A program made the position numbers and the translations under genes. From Coraliomargarita sp. (lineage in GTDB: Bacteria; Verrucomicrobiota; Verrucomicrobiia; Opitutales; Coraliomargaritaceae), in NCBI GenBank assembly GCA_965216325.1, contig OZ244160.1, positions 1,344,001 through 1,408,000 on the forward strand: 64,000 nucleotides of DNA. Reading direction: 5' to 3'. Shown in pieces: positions 47,153 to 57,186 of this stretch (the first letter of the stretch is position 1; every line of letters begins with the position of its first letter). The notes beneath the pieces were generated by a model. It was not told the origin of the DNA. It did not search any database and saw nothing but the letters and a program-made list of their open reading frames with translations.

Positions 47153-48676
47153 ATGACAGCTCAATCCAGCGAAAACCTCATGGAAGAACTCGTCGGCCTG
47201 TGCAAGCGCCGCGGCTTCATTTTCCCGTCCTCCGAGATCTACGGCGGCTATAACGGCTTCTACGATTACGGCCCGCTCGGTGTCGAGCTGCGCAACAACA
47301 TCAAGCAAGCATGGTGGCGCGACTTCGTGCACCGCCGCGACGACGTCGAAGGCCTCGACTCCAGCATCATCATGCACCCAGCCATCTGGAAAGCATCCGG
47401 CCACGTCGACGGCTTCTCCGACCCAATGGTCGACTGCAAAGAGTCCAAGCTCCGCTACCGCGCCGACCAGTTGTTCTTCGCCCCTGTGATCGTCGATGGC
47501 GAGAAGATCGGCTACGTCTCCGTCGTCGAGTGCCCGGACCAACAGGAAATCGCTGAAAAGGCAGCAGCTGACCTCAAGCGCAAGGCTGCCAAGCAAGGCA
47601 CCCTCGAGCCGATCGTGCTCAAGGAGTATGTCGATGCCGCAGAGGACGAATACGATCAGATCCCTTCCCCGGCGACCGGCAAGCCCGGCTCGCTGACTGC
47701 ACCGCGTGAGTTCAAGCTCATGTTCGAGACTAAGGTTGGCCCACTTGCAGACGACTCCGCGACCGCTTACCTGCGCCCTGAAACCGCTCAAGGTATCTTC
47801 GCGAACTACAAGAACATCGTCGATACTGGGCGCGTGAAGATCCCATTCGGTATCGCCCAGATCGGTAAGGCCTTCCGTAACGAGATCACACCGCGCAACT
47901 TCATCTTCCGCTCACGTGAATTCGAGCAAATGGAGATCGAATACTTCATCGCACCAAGCGCCGACTGGAAGCAGCTCCACCGCGAGTGGCTCGACACCTG
48001 CATCGACTGGCTGGTGTCCATCGGTTTGCCACGCGAATCGATCACCGAGGACATTCACCCTGAGGACAAGCTGGCCTTCTACTCTCAAGCCACCACTGAC
48101 CTGATGTTCCACTTCCCGCACGGCGAACAAGAACTCTGGGGTATCGCTTGCCGCTCCGACTACGACTTGAACCAGCACCAGGAGCACTCCGGCAAGTCGA
48201 TGACCATCTTCGACGAAAGCACCAAAGAAAAGTATGTGCCACACGTCATCGAGCCATCGCTCGGCGTCGACCGCACCCTACTCGCTGTGCTCACCGCCGC
48301 TTACACGGAAGACGAAGTGCCCAACGACAAGGGCAAGGTCGAAAAGCGCACCCTGCTCAAGTTCAGCCCGAAAATCGCGCCTTACAAGGCTGCCGTCTTC
48401 CCGCTGCTCAAGAACAAGCCTGAGCTCGTCGAGCGCGCCGAAGCCCTCTACAAGAAGCTACAACGCCGCTGGAACGTCTTTTACGATGCATCCGGTGCCA
48501 TCGGTCGCCGCTACCGCCGTCAGGACGAGATCGGCACCCCGTTCGGCATCACCATCGACTTCGACACCATCGAGAAGGACGGCACCGTCACGCTCCGTGA
48601 TCGCGATACCTGTGAGCAGCGTCGCGTCACCGAAGACGAGCTCATCCAATTCCTCGAAGAACAAATCGACGGCTAA
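47153..48676 (+). CDS. glyQS: Glycine--tRNA ligase, homodimeric (alpha2) type
   Basis: [76 protein letters not shown]. Confidence 0.98.
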   Translation: MTAQSSENLMEELVGLCKRRGFIFPSSEIYGGYNGFYDYGPLGVELRNNIKQAWWRDFVHRRDDVEGLDSSIIMHPAIWKASGHVDGFSDPMVDCKESKLRYRADQLFFAPVIVDGEKIGYVSVVECPDQQEIAEKAAADLKRKAAKQGTLEPIVLKEYVDAAEDEYDQIPSPATGKPGSLTAPREFKLMFETKVGPLADDSATAYLRPETAQGIFANYKNIVDTGRVKIPFGIAQIGKAFRNEITPRNFIFRSREFEQMEIEYFIAPSADWKQLHREWLDTCIDWLVSIGLPRESITEDIHPEDKLAFYSQATTDLMFHFPHGEQELWGIACRSDYDLNQHQEHSGKSMTIFDESTKEKYVPHVIEPSLGVDRTLLAVLTAAYTEDEVPNDKGKVEKRTLLKFSPKIAPYKAAVFPLLKNKPELVERAEALYKKLQRRWNVFYDASGAIGRRYRRQDEIGTPFGITIDFDTIEKDGTVTLRDRDTCEQRRVTEDELIQFLEEQIDG

Positions 48677-48702
48677 GATTCAGAGATCAGACTTTTCAAA
48701 GC

Positions 48703-48734
48703 AAAATCCCGCGGTTTATCCCGCGGGATTTTTT
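48703..48734 (+). terminator. Rho-independent terminator of glyQS
   Basis: AAAATCCCGCGG-TTTATC-CCGCGGGATTTTTT. Confidence 0.88.
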
Positions 48735-48942
48735 GTGGCCAGAATCAGGGATGGCAGAGAATTACTATATTCTGCCGAGTTGAAGGAGTTTTGAAACGAT
48801 GCTGCATTCGACAGGCTCAAAGCTATGGGTTGATCGAGATGGGCAGGATGCCCAAGAACCGAAGCTCTATCGTCGGCAGCATCGTGCAAGCACAAGCCCT
48901 ACGAAAGCCCCCCCTCAAATGGCTTTGCTTGAGCGAAGCAGC

Positions 48943-48976
48943 AAAAGGGCCCGCATGCGATAACATGCGGGCCCTT
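48943..48976 (-). terminator. Terminator of the secretin/giant-protein operon
   Basis: AAGGGCCCGCATG-TTATCG-CATGCGGGCCCTTT on the minus strand, ~30 bp after the stop. Confidence 0.8.
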
Positions 48977-49006
48977 GAGAGAATCCTCTACGAGGTTTGT
49001 AGCCTC

Positions 49007-52000
49007 TTACTCGGTGGGATCGGTTGGGTCCGTGCCCGCGATCCATTCGTCTAGATTGCTCACACCATCGAGGTCATAGTCGTCATCATACGCGATATTG
49101 TCGATTCCAACTCCAAGCGCACCACGCAAAGCCATCTCTTCAGCAATAATCCGATCCACAGCCAAGACCACTGGTGTGCTTGCTCCATTCGTTGGATCAG
49201 TTCCCAGAAGGAGCTCAATCAGATTATTCTCGGTGTCCAGATCGTTGTCGTCAGTGCTGCCAACGTCGACTGCAGGAGTGAAGATCGGATCCGCAGTCAC
49301 GCTGCCAAGCACTCCAAGCTCAGCCATCTCTTCGGCGACGAAGATATCAGCCTCGCTAGCTCCAGTAACACTAGAATTATCAATTGGATTAGAGCCAAAT
49401 TGGATTTCCGTCAGATTGTTGACGCCATCCAAGTCGAAGTCATCACGTGCACCGACTGGACCAGCAACCACACCCAAGACCGCCATTTGCACAATCACAT
49501 GGGCGTCCACAGCAGGCGAGACGCCATCCGCAACCGTCAGATCCGTGCCAGAGTAGATTTCCCGGATGTTGCTCACACCGTCCTGATCGTAGTCGCTGTC
49601 CGGCTGAGTATTTTGGGTCGTCAAGACCCCTGCAGTGTCGAATGCATCCGCGACAAAGACCTGCAGCGCATTCGGCTGATCTGAGAAGTTGTCCGGATCC
49701 GTGCCGACAATCACTTCAGCGAGGTTGCTACTACCGTCTCCATCATAATCATCTGCAGCGGCAATATCGAGCATATCGACTTCGTAAATACCTAAGACTG
49801 CAAACTGTTCCGCGACGAAGCTGTCCTCCGGATCACTCAGTGTCGGTGTCTCGGTATCATCCTTCGGGTTCGTGCCATACATGAGCTCGATCAAGTTATT
49901 GATACCATCAGCATCATAGTCACCTTCAGGGCTAAGCTCGGGGTTCAACGGTGCCGGATCAGAATCCGGGATCTCACTGAGCGCATTGCTCACAAAGGTC
50001 ACGACATCTGAAGCGAACATCGATGGAACTCTCGATTCAACCACCACACGCATGAAACCGTTCAGGGTATCCGCGACCGTTGTTGGGTAGCGAAGCGTGA
50101 CTCGAGCAGAGGAGCCTTCATCGACCACAGCAACCACATGAATCAAATCTTCAGGATTCTCTTGGCCGTCGCCCGCAGCACCGACTTGATCGATCAAACC
50201 ACCCTCACCCGTCAAGGAGTTGCTTCCAACTAAGCTATCGAATGGTGGCGCAATCGTAAGTGCCGAAATCAAATTACCTGCGGTAAAATCAACTCCATTC
50301 GATGCCTCCACGATATACGCTAAGTCGTTCGAACGTGTTACCAGGTCAAAAGTCACGGTTAAGTAGTCTTCAGACTCGAGTGTATCGACTCCATAAGTTC
50401 CGGGGAACTGGCCGCCAGTAGTCACACCCGACGCTGGGTTGCGATTGAAGGCATACGCGAGGAAATTATCCACTTCCTCGGGGTCAGCACTATCTGCATC
50501 GGCAACCACTCCATATACATTGCCCCAGGCTGCGGCATTCGTTGGCGCGGATGCGAACATCGAGAATAAGCCATCATCGACATCGGCAATCGGGAATGTG
50601 GTATTATCGACATCGATAAGATCCACATTCTTCCAGACGTTCACCTCGCCAGATTCATCCACAGTATCATCCGCATCCACGGTGATCTGGATGAAGTAGG
50701 TGTAGTCTGTGATGCCTTTGTCCTCCGCAAAGATCTGCACCATTCGTCCACCAGTCGGCAGCGTGAATTCGATGTCGAGTATGACACGATCCCCATCAGG
50801 CGCGGAGAGTCGACGTCCCTCCATCGCCTCCGCAATGGTCGTGGAGCCCAAATCCAAATAGCCCGTGATGGCATTCTCGAACTCATCAATCCCGCCCCCG
50901 GCAGATAATGCATTCGACAGCTCTTCGCGGTCAACGAAACCAAGTTGATAATTCACACGCCAGCTGAGCAAACGGCCATCTGCGTCAAACAGGTCATCCA
51001 AGCCGACATTCTGAATCTCCATCTCTAAGCGCATCGGCGCTTCCGGATAATAGAGCTTCGCTTCGTCATACTCGACGACATCAACATAGAAAGCCTCCTC
51101 ATTGCCAAACACATTTGGATCATTCAAGCCGTCATAAATCAACAAGCGTGGCTTGCGCTCGACTCGAACGTCCGGGTTGTCGGTGATGACGATATTATTG
51201 CTACTGGAGAACTCATCGACTCGGTCATTCGCATCAATCTTCACAATGAGGTAGTAGTCATTCTCAGGGATATGATCACCCAGCGGCAGACCTCCGAGGA
51301 AGCTCATAAACTGCCCACTCTCAAAGCTGCCCTCAACCTGGGTGAAGGATCCAAGCACAATATCATCCACATTACCGTAAATACGGTCGGTCGAGAGACG
51401 CACTTCCAAATCGGCAGAGGTGAACACGTCAACTGTAGGATCCAAATCCCGGCCTTGGTTCTGTGCCTGGACTGTAATGTCTAAGGTCTCGGTGCCCAAC
51501 TTCTGGTCAGGCGCACCATTAATGGCGCCCACATCCAAGACATAGGTTCCAGCCACGTAATCTAAATCAGTCAGCACCAGTTCCGCGGTGAGCTCCGGAG
51601 TCGCATCGGTGAATTCAATCAATTCCACTTGGTCGATGTAAGCGGTATCCAGATAGTCGCCTGCGGACGCAGTCTTGCGGTAAGACCAGCGCACAAGTTG
51701 TGCACCCGGTCCAGCTGGGATGAAGATAGTAATCTCTGGCCCAATACGAAGAGGCTGAATTTGCACATCTGAGTCCGTTCCCAGTTGCCCTTCCTGTGTG
51801 CCACGGAAGCGATCGGAATATAGTTCAGCCTCGATGGTGACTGGCTGTCGAAGACCAGCAGGATTGACCTCGATCAACTCACGCTCACCCACAACGTCGA
51901 AGCTGATCACAAAGTCCAAGACACTCTCTCCCGCTTCGGGACTGGTTTCAGCATTAGTGTGCAACGCAACACTCACGCCACCGGCAGCAACAATTGTGCT

Positions 52001-55000
52001 CAAGGCATCCAGTGCGGTCTCGACTTCGGCCGGTGTAGCATAATACGGGATCTGGTCCGTGCTTTCCCCCTGATAGCTCAGGGTAAAGCCTACATTTGGA
52101 TCAATGCTCAGCAAGCGCACCTCTTGTATACTATCCGCACCCTGTGTGGTAGTCGATAGGCTACTGTTTCCAATCCGAAGTGGCTCAAGCGCATTGAACG
52201 TCATGTTACCGGTTTGATTGCCGGATACGACGAAGGTAATTTCATAGCTGAAGTCATCCGGTGCGGTGACCACAACGCCTCCGCTGCTAGTGATCGTAGT
52301 CAGATCATTGAGTGCCTCCTGCACTTCGAGAGCACTCGCATGTGCACGAATCTGTGCGGTGGTTTCACCATCATAACTAATCGTAAAGGGTCCATAGCCA
52401 AAGTCCCAATCGACGCGCCCGGAAATCCGCTCCTCAAGCACTCCATTGACGGAGACCTCCAAGTAATTGGCCGCAGGTGCAGAATCCACCTTCCAACGGA
52501 ATTTAACAATCTGTGGTCCTTCCAGAAGAGTTTCGAAATAACTTTCCTGCAGGGCTCCGACACCACCAGCGCTGGCGATATCATTCAAACCAGCTCCACT
52601 CGTTCCAGGCGGCAAGCTGCCCAGAGCTGGGTTTTGGATACCATACCAGGAGGCATCGCCACCAGTGCTTAAGACCGGAACAGGGCTCACGGAGTCCAGC
52701 TCCAAGGCCTCCACAAGGCTGATGTCAGGCTCAATGGTAATCAGATCGCCCGCATCGGAAAAAGTCGTGTTGTTATTGTCATTCGACTCTGCAATGGCAC
52801 CCGGCCCATTGACTGGATCGTCATTGGTTGCAGGGTCCGGGTCTACACGCACCGCCAAGTAATACTCGCCCGGCTCGGCGAAGTTCGGCGGGATCGGCAC
52901 ACTGATCGAGTAGACCGCCGTGCCATTCGCCGCTAACTCGCCACTGCTTTCAACTGCAGGGTCGATGATTAGTTCGACATCGTCCGAACCGCCCCACTGA
53001 TTGTCCTGAGAAAGGCGTGCATGAAGCGTGTATGTTGGAGTCGCCGGGACTGCGTCCGCCGAGTCGTTAATCACGGTTACATCAAATTCCAGATCGTTGC
53101 CCGGGCTGAGGCCCAAAGACAAATCAGAGGTGATGCTAATGTCGGACACTTGCAAATCGGGGGCCGTGCTGACGAACTGGTCCACCCATCCGCGGTCTTG
53201 GCCCGCCTCGCCGTCATCATCTTTCTCGTAGCTCCAACGCACAGTATAGGTTTGCCCGCCGTCGACTGCATATCGGAACTCCTGCCAATCCTGCTCACCA
53301 GCAATTTGTCCCACCAAGGTATCGTTCACATAGACACGTAGCCAGTCTGCTTTAAGCAGACCATCTACGATCACACGCTCACTACTCACCTTCCAGCGGA
53401 AACTAATTACCGTATCTGTCTCCGGCGTAATGACGGTCTCGAAGGACGCGATGCCACCATCGCCGACCACTGAGCTCATCGCAGCATCGTCATTGCCCTC
53501 GACATTGAAGAAGGTGCTCTTCTGCCCGATCCATGGACGATCGCCTTCGAATGCAACCGTCTCCGTTCGGATCGCATCGCCAGATAACTCAGCAGCCTCT
53601 TCAAGCGACACTTCTTCAAACATGAAGTATGGGTTCTGGTAGAACTTTACATTATTGTCCTCATTAATTTCCTCGAACTCGTTGTCCGGATCAATCACGA
53701 CACCGAAGAAGAGGAACTCACCAATTGGAATGTTATTCGGGACAGTTGCTTGATTCGGTTCATACAAACGACTATCACCCGCCTCACCAGCTTCTGCGAG
53801 GCCACCGTCATAGTTAAACTCACCAAAGATGTAGTCGCTATCATCCAAGTTAGCGTCATCGGAGAAAATAATACGCACTTTGATATCGGTGCCAAAATTA
53901 ATGGCTTCTAGACCGAGGTTCTCAAGAGTGAGCGCGAAATCCAGATCATCACCAACATTTGCAATGTCAGTGGTCGGATCGCCCTTCGGCCCTGGGTTCG
54001 GTTGGATGTTGGTCACCGTCAAATCAGATAGCGCTTGAATCGTCACCACGGCCAACTCCGAGACAAAGAGATTATTCGCCTGCACATTGGCTCCGGTAGC
54101 GTCAGCCGGATCAACCGGCTCTCCGGATTCGGGCACTCGGTTATCCTCATCGACCACCACCATCAAGTAATAATCACCACCAGGGATAGTCTCAGGAAGT
54201 TCGTATGAACCAATTCCTAGCGAGAGCGGGCCGTTATCGAAGTTCTGCGTAAACTCGATGGATTCGATCAGATAATCCGCATTCGGATCGAAGCTAGAGT
54301 CCGGTGAAAGATAAATCGCATAATCAAAGGTCGCCGAGTCCGCGGGATTATGATCTGCACCAAAGTTGGCGAGCACAATGTTCACGCCCAAACGGTCGCG
54401 ACGTAGCACATAGCTACCGGAGTCGATCGGCTGCTGCTCACTGGTCAATTCAACCGTATCCACAGCAAAGTCCGGCAAAGTGACTCCCTCTTCGATAATA
54501 ATGTTATCCAAGAAGACTTCGTCGTCGGCAGCATCCGCGTCTTCGGTGTATTGCCAAATCAAAGTGGTGCCCGCGGGAACGATGATCGACACAGTTTGCC
54601 AATCCGTCACACCGGAAATCTCCGCACGTTGCTCAGCGCTCGCACCAAAGAATCCAAAAGTGAGCTTATTGTCGGAGGAACTGGTGTCGGACTTCCAGTC
54701 GAAGGTCACACGTGACACCTCGTCGAGTTCGATTTTGATCTGCGCGATTTGACCCACGCCAATTGCCGGGCTAACGGCGGCATTGCCATTGACGCGATCG
54801 GCGATCAATGTGCCATACCAAGCAGCATCTCCATCAGTTGTAAAATCAGGGTCTGCATCATCATTGACCGGGTCGCCAGGGTTTGGATTGCTTGGCGCAC
54901 TGCCGGACACCAGCACGTCGTTCAACACGAAGCTGAGATCTAAACCAGTCACTTGGATGAAATTCGTAGCAGTAAAGGCCACATTGTTGGTTTCATCCGA

Positions 55001-57172
55001 CTCAGTGATATCGCCGTCTTCATCTACCGAGACACCGGCAAAGAAATCGCCAATGCCGAGAGATTCAGGCAATACAAAGTAGAAATCGGTTACGATGGAA
55101 CCCTTCGCATTCACACCATCTTCAATGATAATGTAAGACTCATCCACATCCGGAGTCAGTGGGTCGTCGACAAGCACCTGCGCCTCGTTCACGTCGCCAG
55201 TGCTCGGATCATCCGCCAACTCGACCAAATTAATCACCGAGCTGTCATTAATCGATGCCACACGAGCAAGCACATGACGTGTCGCAAAGGCACCTGCGGT
55301 TCCTGCTGGGATGGTGCCGATACCGTCATTGTGAATCGTAGTAGTCACCCGAATGACATCATTTGGTTCCAAGGGATAGTCGAGATCGCCCTCAGGTGGA
55401 TCAATGACGATATCACTGGTTTCAACACGCAAATCAGCGGCAAACAACAACGTGTCAGGCTCTTCATCAACATCATCACCGTCCGTGAGGTCATAACCGT
55501 CATTGTTCGTGTCGTCAGTTTCAACGATGTTGTTGTTCGGATCCACCCGAATCATTAGATAGTATTCACCCGCATTAATCGGCAGTGGCTCTGCTGGCGC
55601 ACCGCCATCGGTTGGAAAATCAATTACGAGTGAAGCAGCACGACTTTGGCCTGGAGACAAGTCATCCGTAATTGTGCCGGAACTCACTTCCAAGGTGTAA
55701 GCTGCAGCGTCAAAATTAGGCGTCAGGCTGAGCACCGCAGCAAACTCGATATCATCTGTGATCGTGCCGGTGCCTGTATTTCTGACGGTAGCGGTCGCGA
55801 GCAAAGATGACTCCAGACTATCTTCATCAAAGCTAGTCACAATCACCGAAGAGATGATTAAGTCAGGGATCCCGATCCCGCTATTGCCAAAACCGTCCTG
55901 AGGGTTCTGCGCGCTGCTAATTTCGCCGTTACCCAGCTGTCCTACCGTATTGAGACCTGAAGTTCGAACCACTTCTTCATCGGTAACAATAACCGAAAAA
56001 TACAATCCGGCACTCGCTGCTTCCACGGTCGTTCCGGACTCAATCTGAACTGGAGAATAGAACGTGGATTGGTCAAGGCTGTCTCCTAACTGCCAGCGAT
56101 AGTTATCCCCCCAGCCCCAAAGAGCACCACTGTCATCAACGCCCAGAACATGGTCGTAACCGATCGCAATCGAGGCCCAATCGTTTTTTGAACTCGGAAG
56201 TGCCACGGGAACTTTTTGAGTTCGCGTGCCACGGGGAAATCCATCCTGGCCCGCTAAGCCGTTACCCCAGACATACAGCTTACCATCGTAGGGGATTCCA
56301 CCCGACTCACCTTCTTTAAAGGCAAAGCAGATATTCGTCCCGGAAAAGACTTCAGTCCAATCATCGGCCTCATCGACCAGTTGCGGCTCACTAAATGGAC
56401 TATTTGGGGTGAACCCCAGGCCAAGTTGGTGCCACACACTATAGCCCCAGCTCACCAAGGCACGGTCCCCCGCACCGTCATCTCTGACAGCAATGATGTT
56501 CACAATACCGGTCGCAACCGAGCGGTAAAAGTCCGATCCAACACGGGCTGGAATCGCTACGATATTATGACCGTTCTCCGCATCGCCAACTCCGTTATTT
56601 TCGTCAGGATAGTCAATCTCCTGTCCCAGTTGTCCATGCGTGTTATCACCCCACGCCCACAGTTCACCATCGCTGGTCAGCGCAAACGAAAATTGCCCAC
56701 CAGCTGCCACACGAACACATTCAGCGGGCAGGCCAATCACTTGAACCGGAATCTCGCTATCAGTTGTCGTGCCATTACCGAGTTGACCACGCTCATTGCT
56801 TCCCCAAGCCCAGACAGTGCCATCTTCTTTGACACCCAGCGCATGCCGATTACTGCTACTCTTGGGGTCTCCGCCATTACTTGGCGAGACCGCGATGTGC
56901 ACCCAAGGCGTATCCGATTCGATCAGCAATGGATCCGCGCTGAAACCACCAATCTCGGCAACTCCGAGCTGGCCAGCACTGTTGGAACCAAAGGAATATA
57001 AATTGCCCCCGGCATCGAGGACGATCGAGAAATCCTCGCCAGATACCACTTGTGGTCTCTCTGGCGACGTAACGGTGACTTGCCCGTATACAGAACAGGC
57101 AAGCAAGCCTGAAACAACCGAGACTCCCAGCTGTTTCAGATGCTCTTTAAAGCTGAACTTCATGGTCATCAT
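49007..57172 (-). CDS. Giant secreted acidic multidomain protein (RCC1/BLIP-II propeller, ~7 CARDB-like domains, 3 repeated beta-sandwich domains, 6 TSP3-like repeats)
   Basis: Sec signal; WAWGSNERGQLG-type RCC1 repeats; PDLxV...VDPxNxIxExxExNN CARDB motifs; FRWKVSSE domains; DxDxDGxxNLxE...GTDP repeats. Confidence 0.9.
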   Translation of the reverse strand: MMTMKFSFKEHLKQLGVSVVSGLLACSVYGQVTVTSPERPQVVSGEDFSIVLDAGGNLYSFGSNSAGQLGVAEIGGFSADPLLIESDTPWVHIAVSPSNGGDPKSSSNRHALGVKEDGTVWAWGSNERGQLGNGTTTDSEIPVQVIGLPAECVRVAAGGQFSFALTSDGELWAWGDNTHGQLGQEIDYPDENNGVGDAENGHNIVAIPARVGSDFYRSVATGIVNIIAVRDDGAGDRALVSWGYSVWHQLGLGFTPNSPFSEPQLVDEADDWTEVFSGTNICFAFKEGESGGIPYDGKLYVWGNGLAGQDGFPRGTRTQKVPVALPSSKNDWASIAIGYDHVLGVDDSGALWGWGDNYRWQLGDSLDQSTFYSPVQIESGTTVEAASAGLYFSVIVTDEEVVRTSGLNTVGQLGNGEISSAQNPQDGFGNSGIGIPDLIISSVIVTSFDEDSLESSLLATATVRNTGTGTITDDIEFAAVLSLTPNFDAAAYTLEVSSGTITDDLSPGQSRAASLVIDFPTDGGAPAEPLPINAGEYYLMIRVDPNNNIVETDDTNNDGYDLTDGDDVDEEPDTLLFAADLRVETSDIVIDPPEGDLDYPLEPNDVIRVTTTIHNDGIGTIPAGTAGAFATRHVLARVASINDSSVINLVELADDPSTGDVNEAQVLVDDPLTPDVDESYIIIEDGVNAKGSIVTDFYFVLPESLGIGDFFAGVSVDEDGDITESDETNNVAFTATNFIQVTGLDLSFVLNDVLVSGSAPSNPNPGDPVNDDADPDFTTDGDAAWYGTLIADRVNGNAAVSPAIGVGQIAQIKIELDEVSRVTFDWKSDTSSSDNKLTFGFFGASAEQRAEISGVTDWQTVSIIVPAGTTLIWQYTEDADAADDEVFLDNIIIEEGVTLPDFAVDTVELTSEQQPIDSGSYVLRRDRLGVNIVLANFGADHNPADSATFDYAIYLSPDSSFDPNADYLIESIEFTQNFDNGPLSLGIGSYELPETIPGGDYYLMVVVDEDNRVPESGEPVDPADATGANVQANNLFVSELAVVTIQALSDLTVTNIQPNPGPKGDPTTDIANVGDDLDFALTLENLGLEAINFGTDIKVRIIFSDDANLDDSDYIFGEFNYDGGLAEAGEAGDSRLYEPNQATVPNNIPIGEFLFFGVVIDPDNEFEEINEDNNVKFYQNPYFMFEEVSLEEAAELSGDAIRTETVAFEGDRPWIGQKSTFFNVEGNDDAAMSSVVGDGGIASFETVITPETDTVISFRWKVSSERVIVDGLLKADWLRVYVNDTLVGQIAGEQDWQEFRYAVDGGQTYTVRWSYEKDDDGEAGQDRGWVDQFVSTAPDLQVSDISITSDLSLGLSPGNDLEFDVTVINDSADAVPATPTYTLHARLSQDNQWGGSDDVELIIDPAVESSGELAANGTAVYSISVPIPPNFAEPGEYYLAVRVDPDPATNDDPVNGPGAIAESNDNNNTTFSDAGDLITIEPDISLVEALELDSVSPVPVLSTGGDASWYGIQNPALGSLPPGTSGAGLNDIASAGGVGALQESYFETLLEGPQIVKFRWKVDSAPAANYLEVSVNGVLEERISGRVDWDFGYGPFTISYDGETTAQIRAHASALEVQEALNDLTTITSSGGVVVTAPDDFSYEITFVVSGNQTGNMTFNALEPLRIGNSSLSTTTQGADSIQEVRLLSIDPNVGFTLSYQGESTDQIPYYATPAEVETALDALSTIVAAGGVSVALHTNAETSPEAGESVLDFVISFDVVGERELIEVNPAGLRQPVTIEAELYSDRFRGTQEGQLGTDSDVQIQPLRIGPEITIFIPAGPGAQLVRWSYRKTASAGDYLDTAYIDQVELIEFTDATPELTAELVLTDLDYVAGTYVLDVGAINGAPDQKLGTETLDITVQAQNQGRDLDPTVDVFTSADLEVRLSTDRIYGNVDDIVLGSFTQVEGSFESGQFMSFLGGLPLGDHIPENDYYLIVKIDANDRVDEFSSSNNIVITDNPDVRVERKPRLLIYDGLNDPNVFGNEEAFYVDVVEYDEAKLYYPEAPMRLEMEIQNVGLDDLFDADGRLLSWRVNYQLGFVDREELSNALSAGGGIDEFENAITGYLDLGSTTIAEAMEGRRLSAPDGDRVILDIEFTLPTGGRMVQIFAEDKGITDYTYFIQITVDADDTVDESGEVNVWKNVDLIDVDNTTFPIADVDDGLFSMFASAPTNAAAWGNVYGVVADADSADPEEVDNFLAYAFNRNPASGVTTGGQFPGTYGVDTLESEDYLTVTFDLVTRSNDLAYIVEASNGVDFTAGNLISALTIAPPFDSLVGSNSLTGEGGLIDQVGAAGDGQENPEDLIHVVAVVDEGSSARVTLRYPTTVADTLNGFMRVVVESRVPSMFASDVVTFVSNALSEIPDSDPAPLNPELSPEGDYDADGINNLIELMYGTNPKDDTETPTLSDPEDSFVAEQFAVLGIYEVDMLDIAAADDYDGDGSSNLAEVIVGTDPDNFSDQPNALQVFVADAFDTAGVLTTQNTQPDSDYDQDGVSNIREIYSGTDLTVADGVSPAVDAHVIVQMAVLGVVAGPVGARDDFDLDGVNNLTEIQFGSNPIDNSSVTGASEADIFVAEEMAELGVLGSVTADPIFTPAVDVGSTDDNDLDTENNLIELLLGTDPTNGASTPVVLAVDRIIAEEMALRGALGVGIDNIAYDDDYDLDGVSNLDEWIAGTDPTDPTE

Positions 57173-57186
57173 GGGTTGACTTTCTA

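Noticed and set aside
47153..48676. Eukaryote-type dimeric GlyRS as a horizontal-transfer novelty
   Set aside because: The alpha2 GlyRS is the normal form in many bacterial phyla
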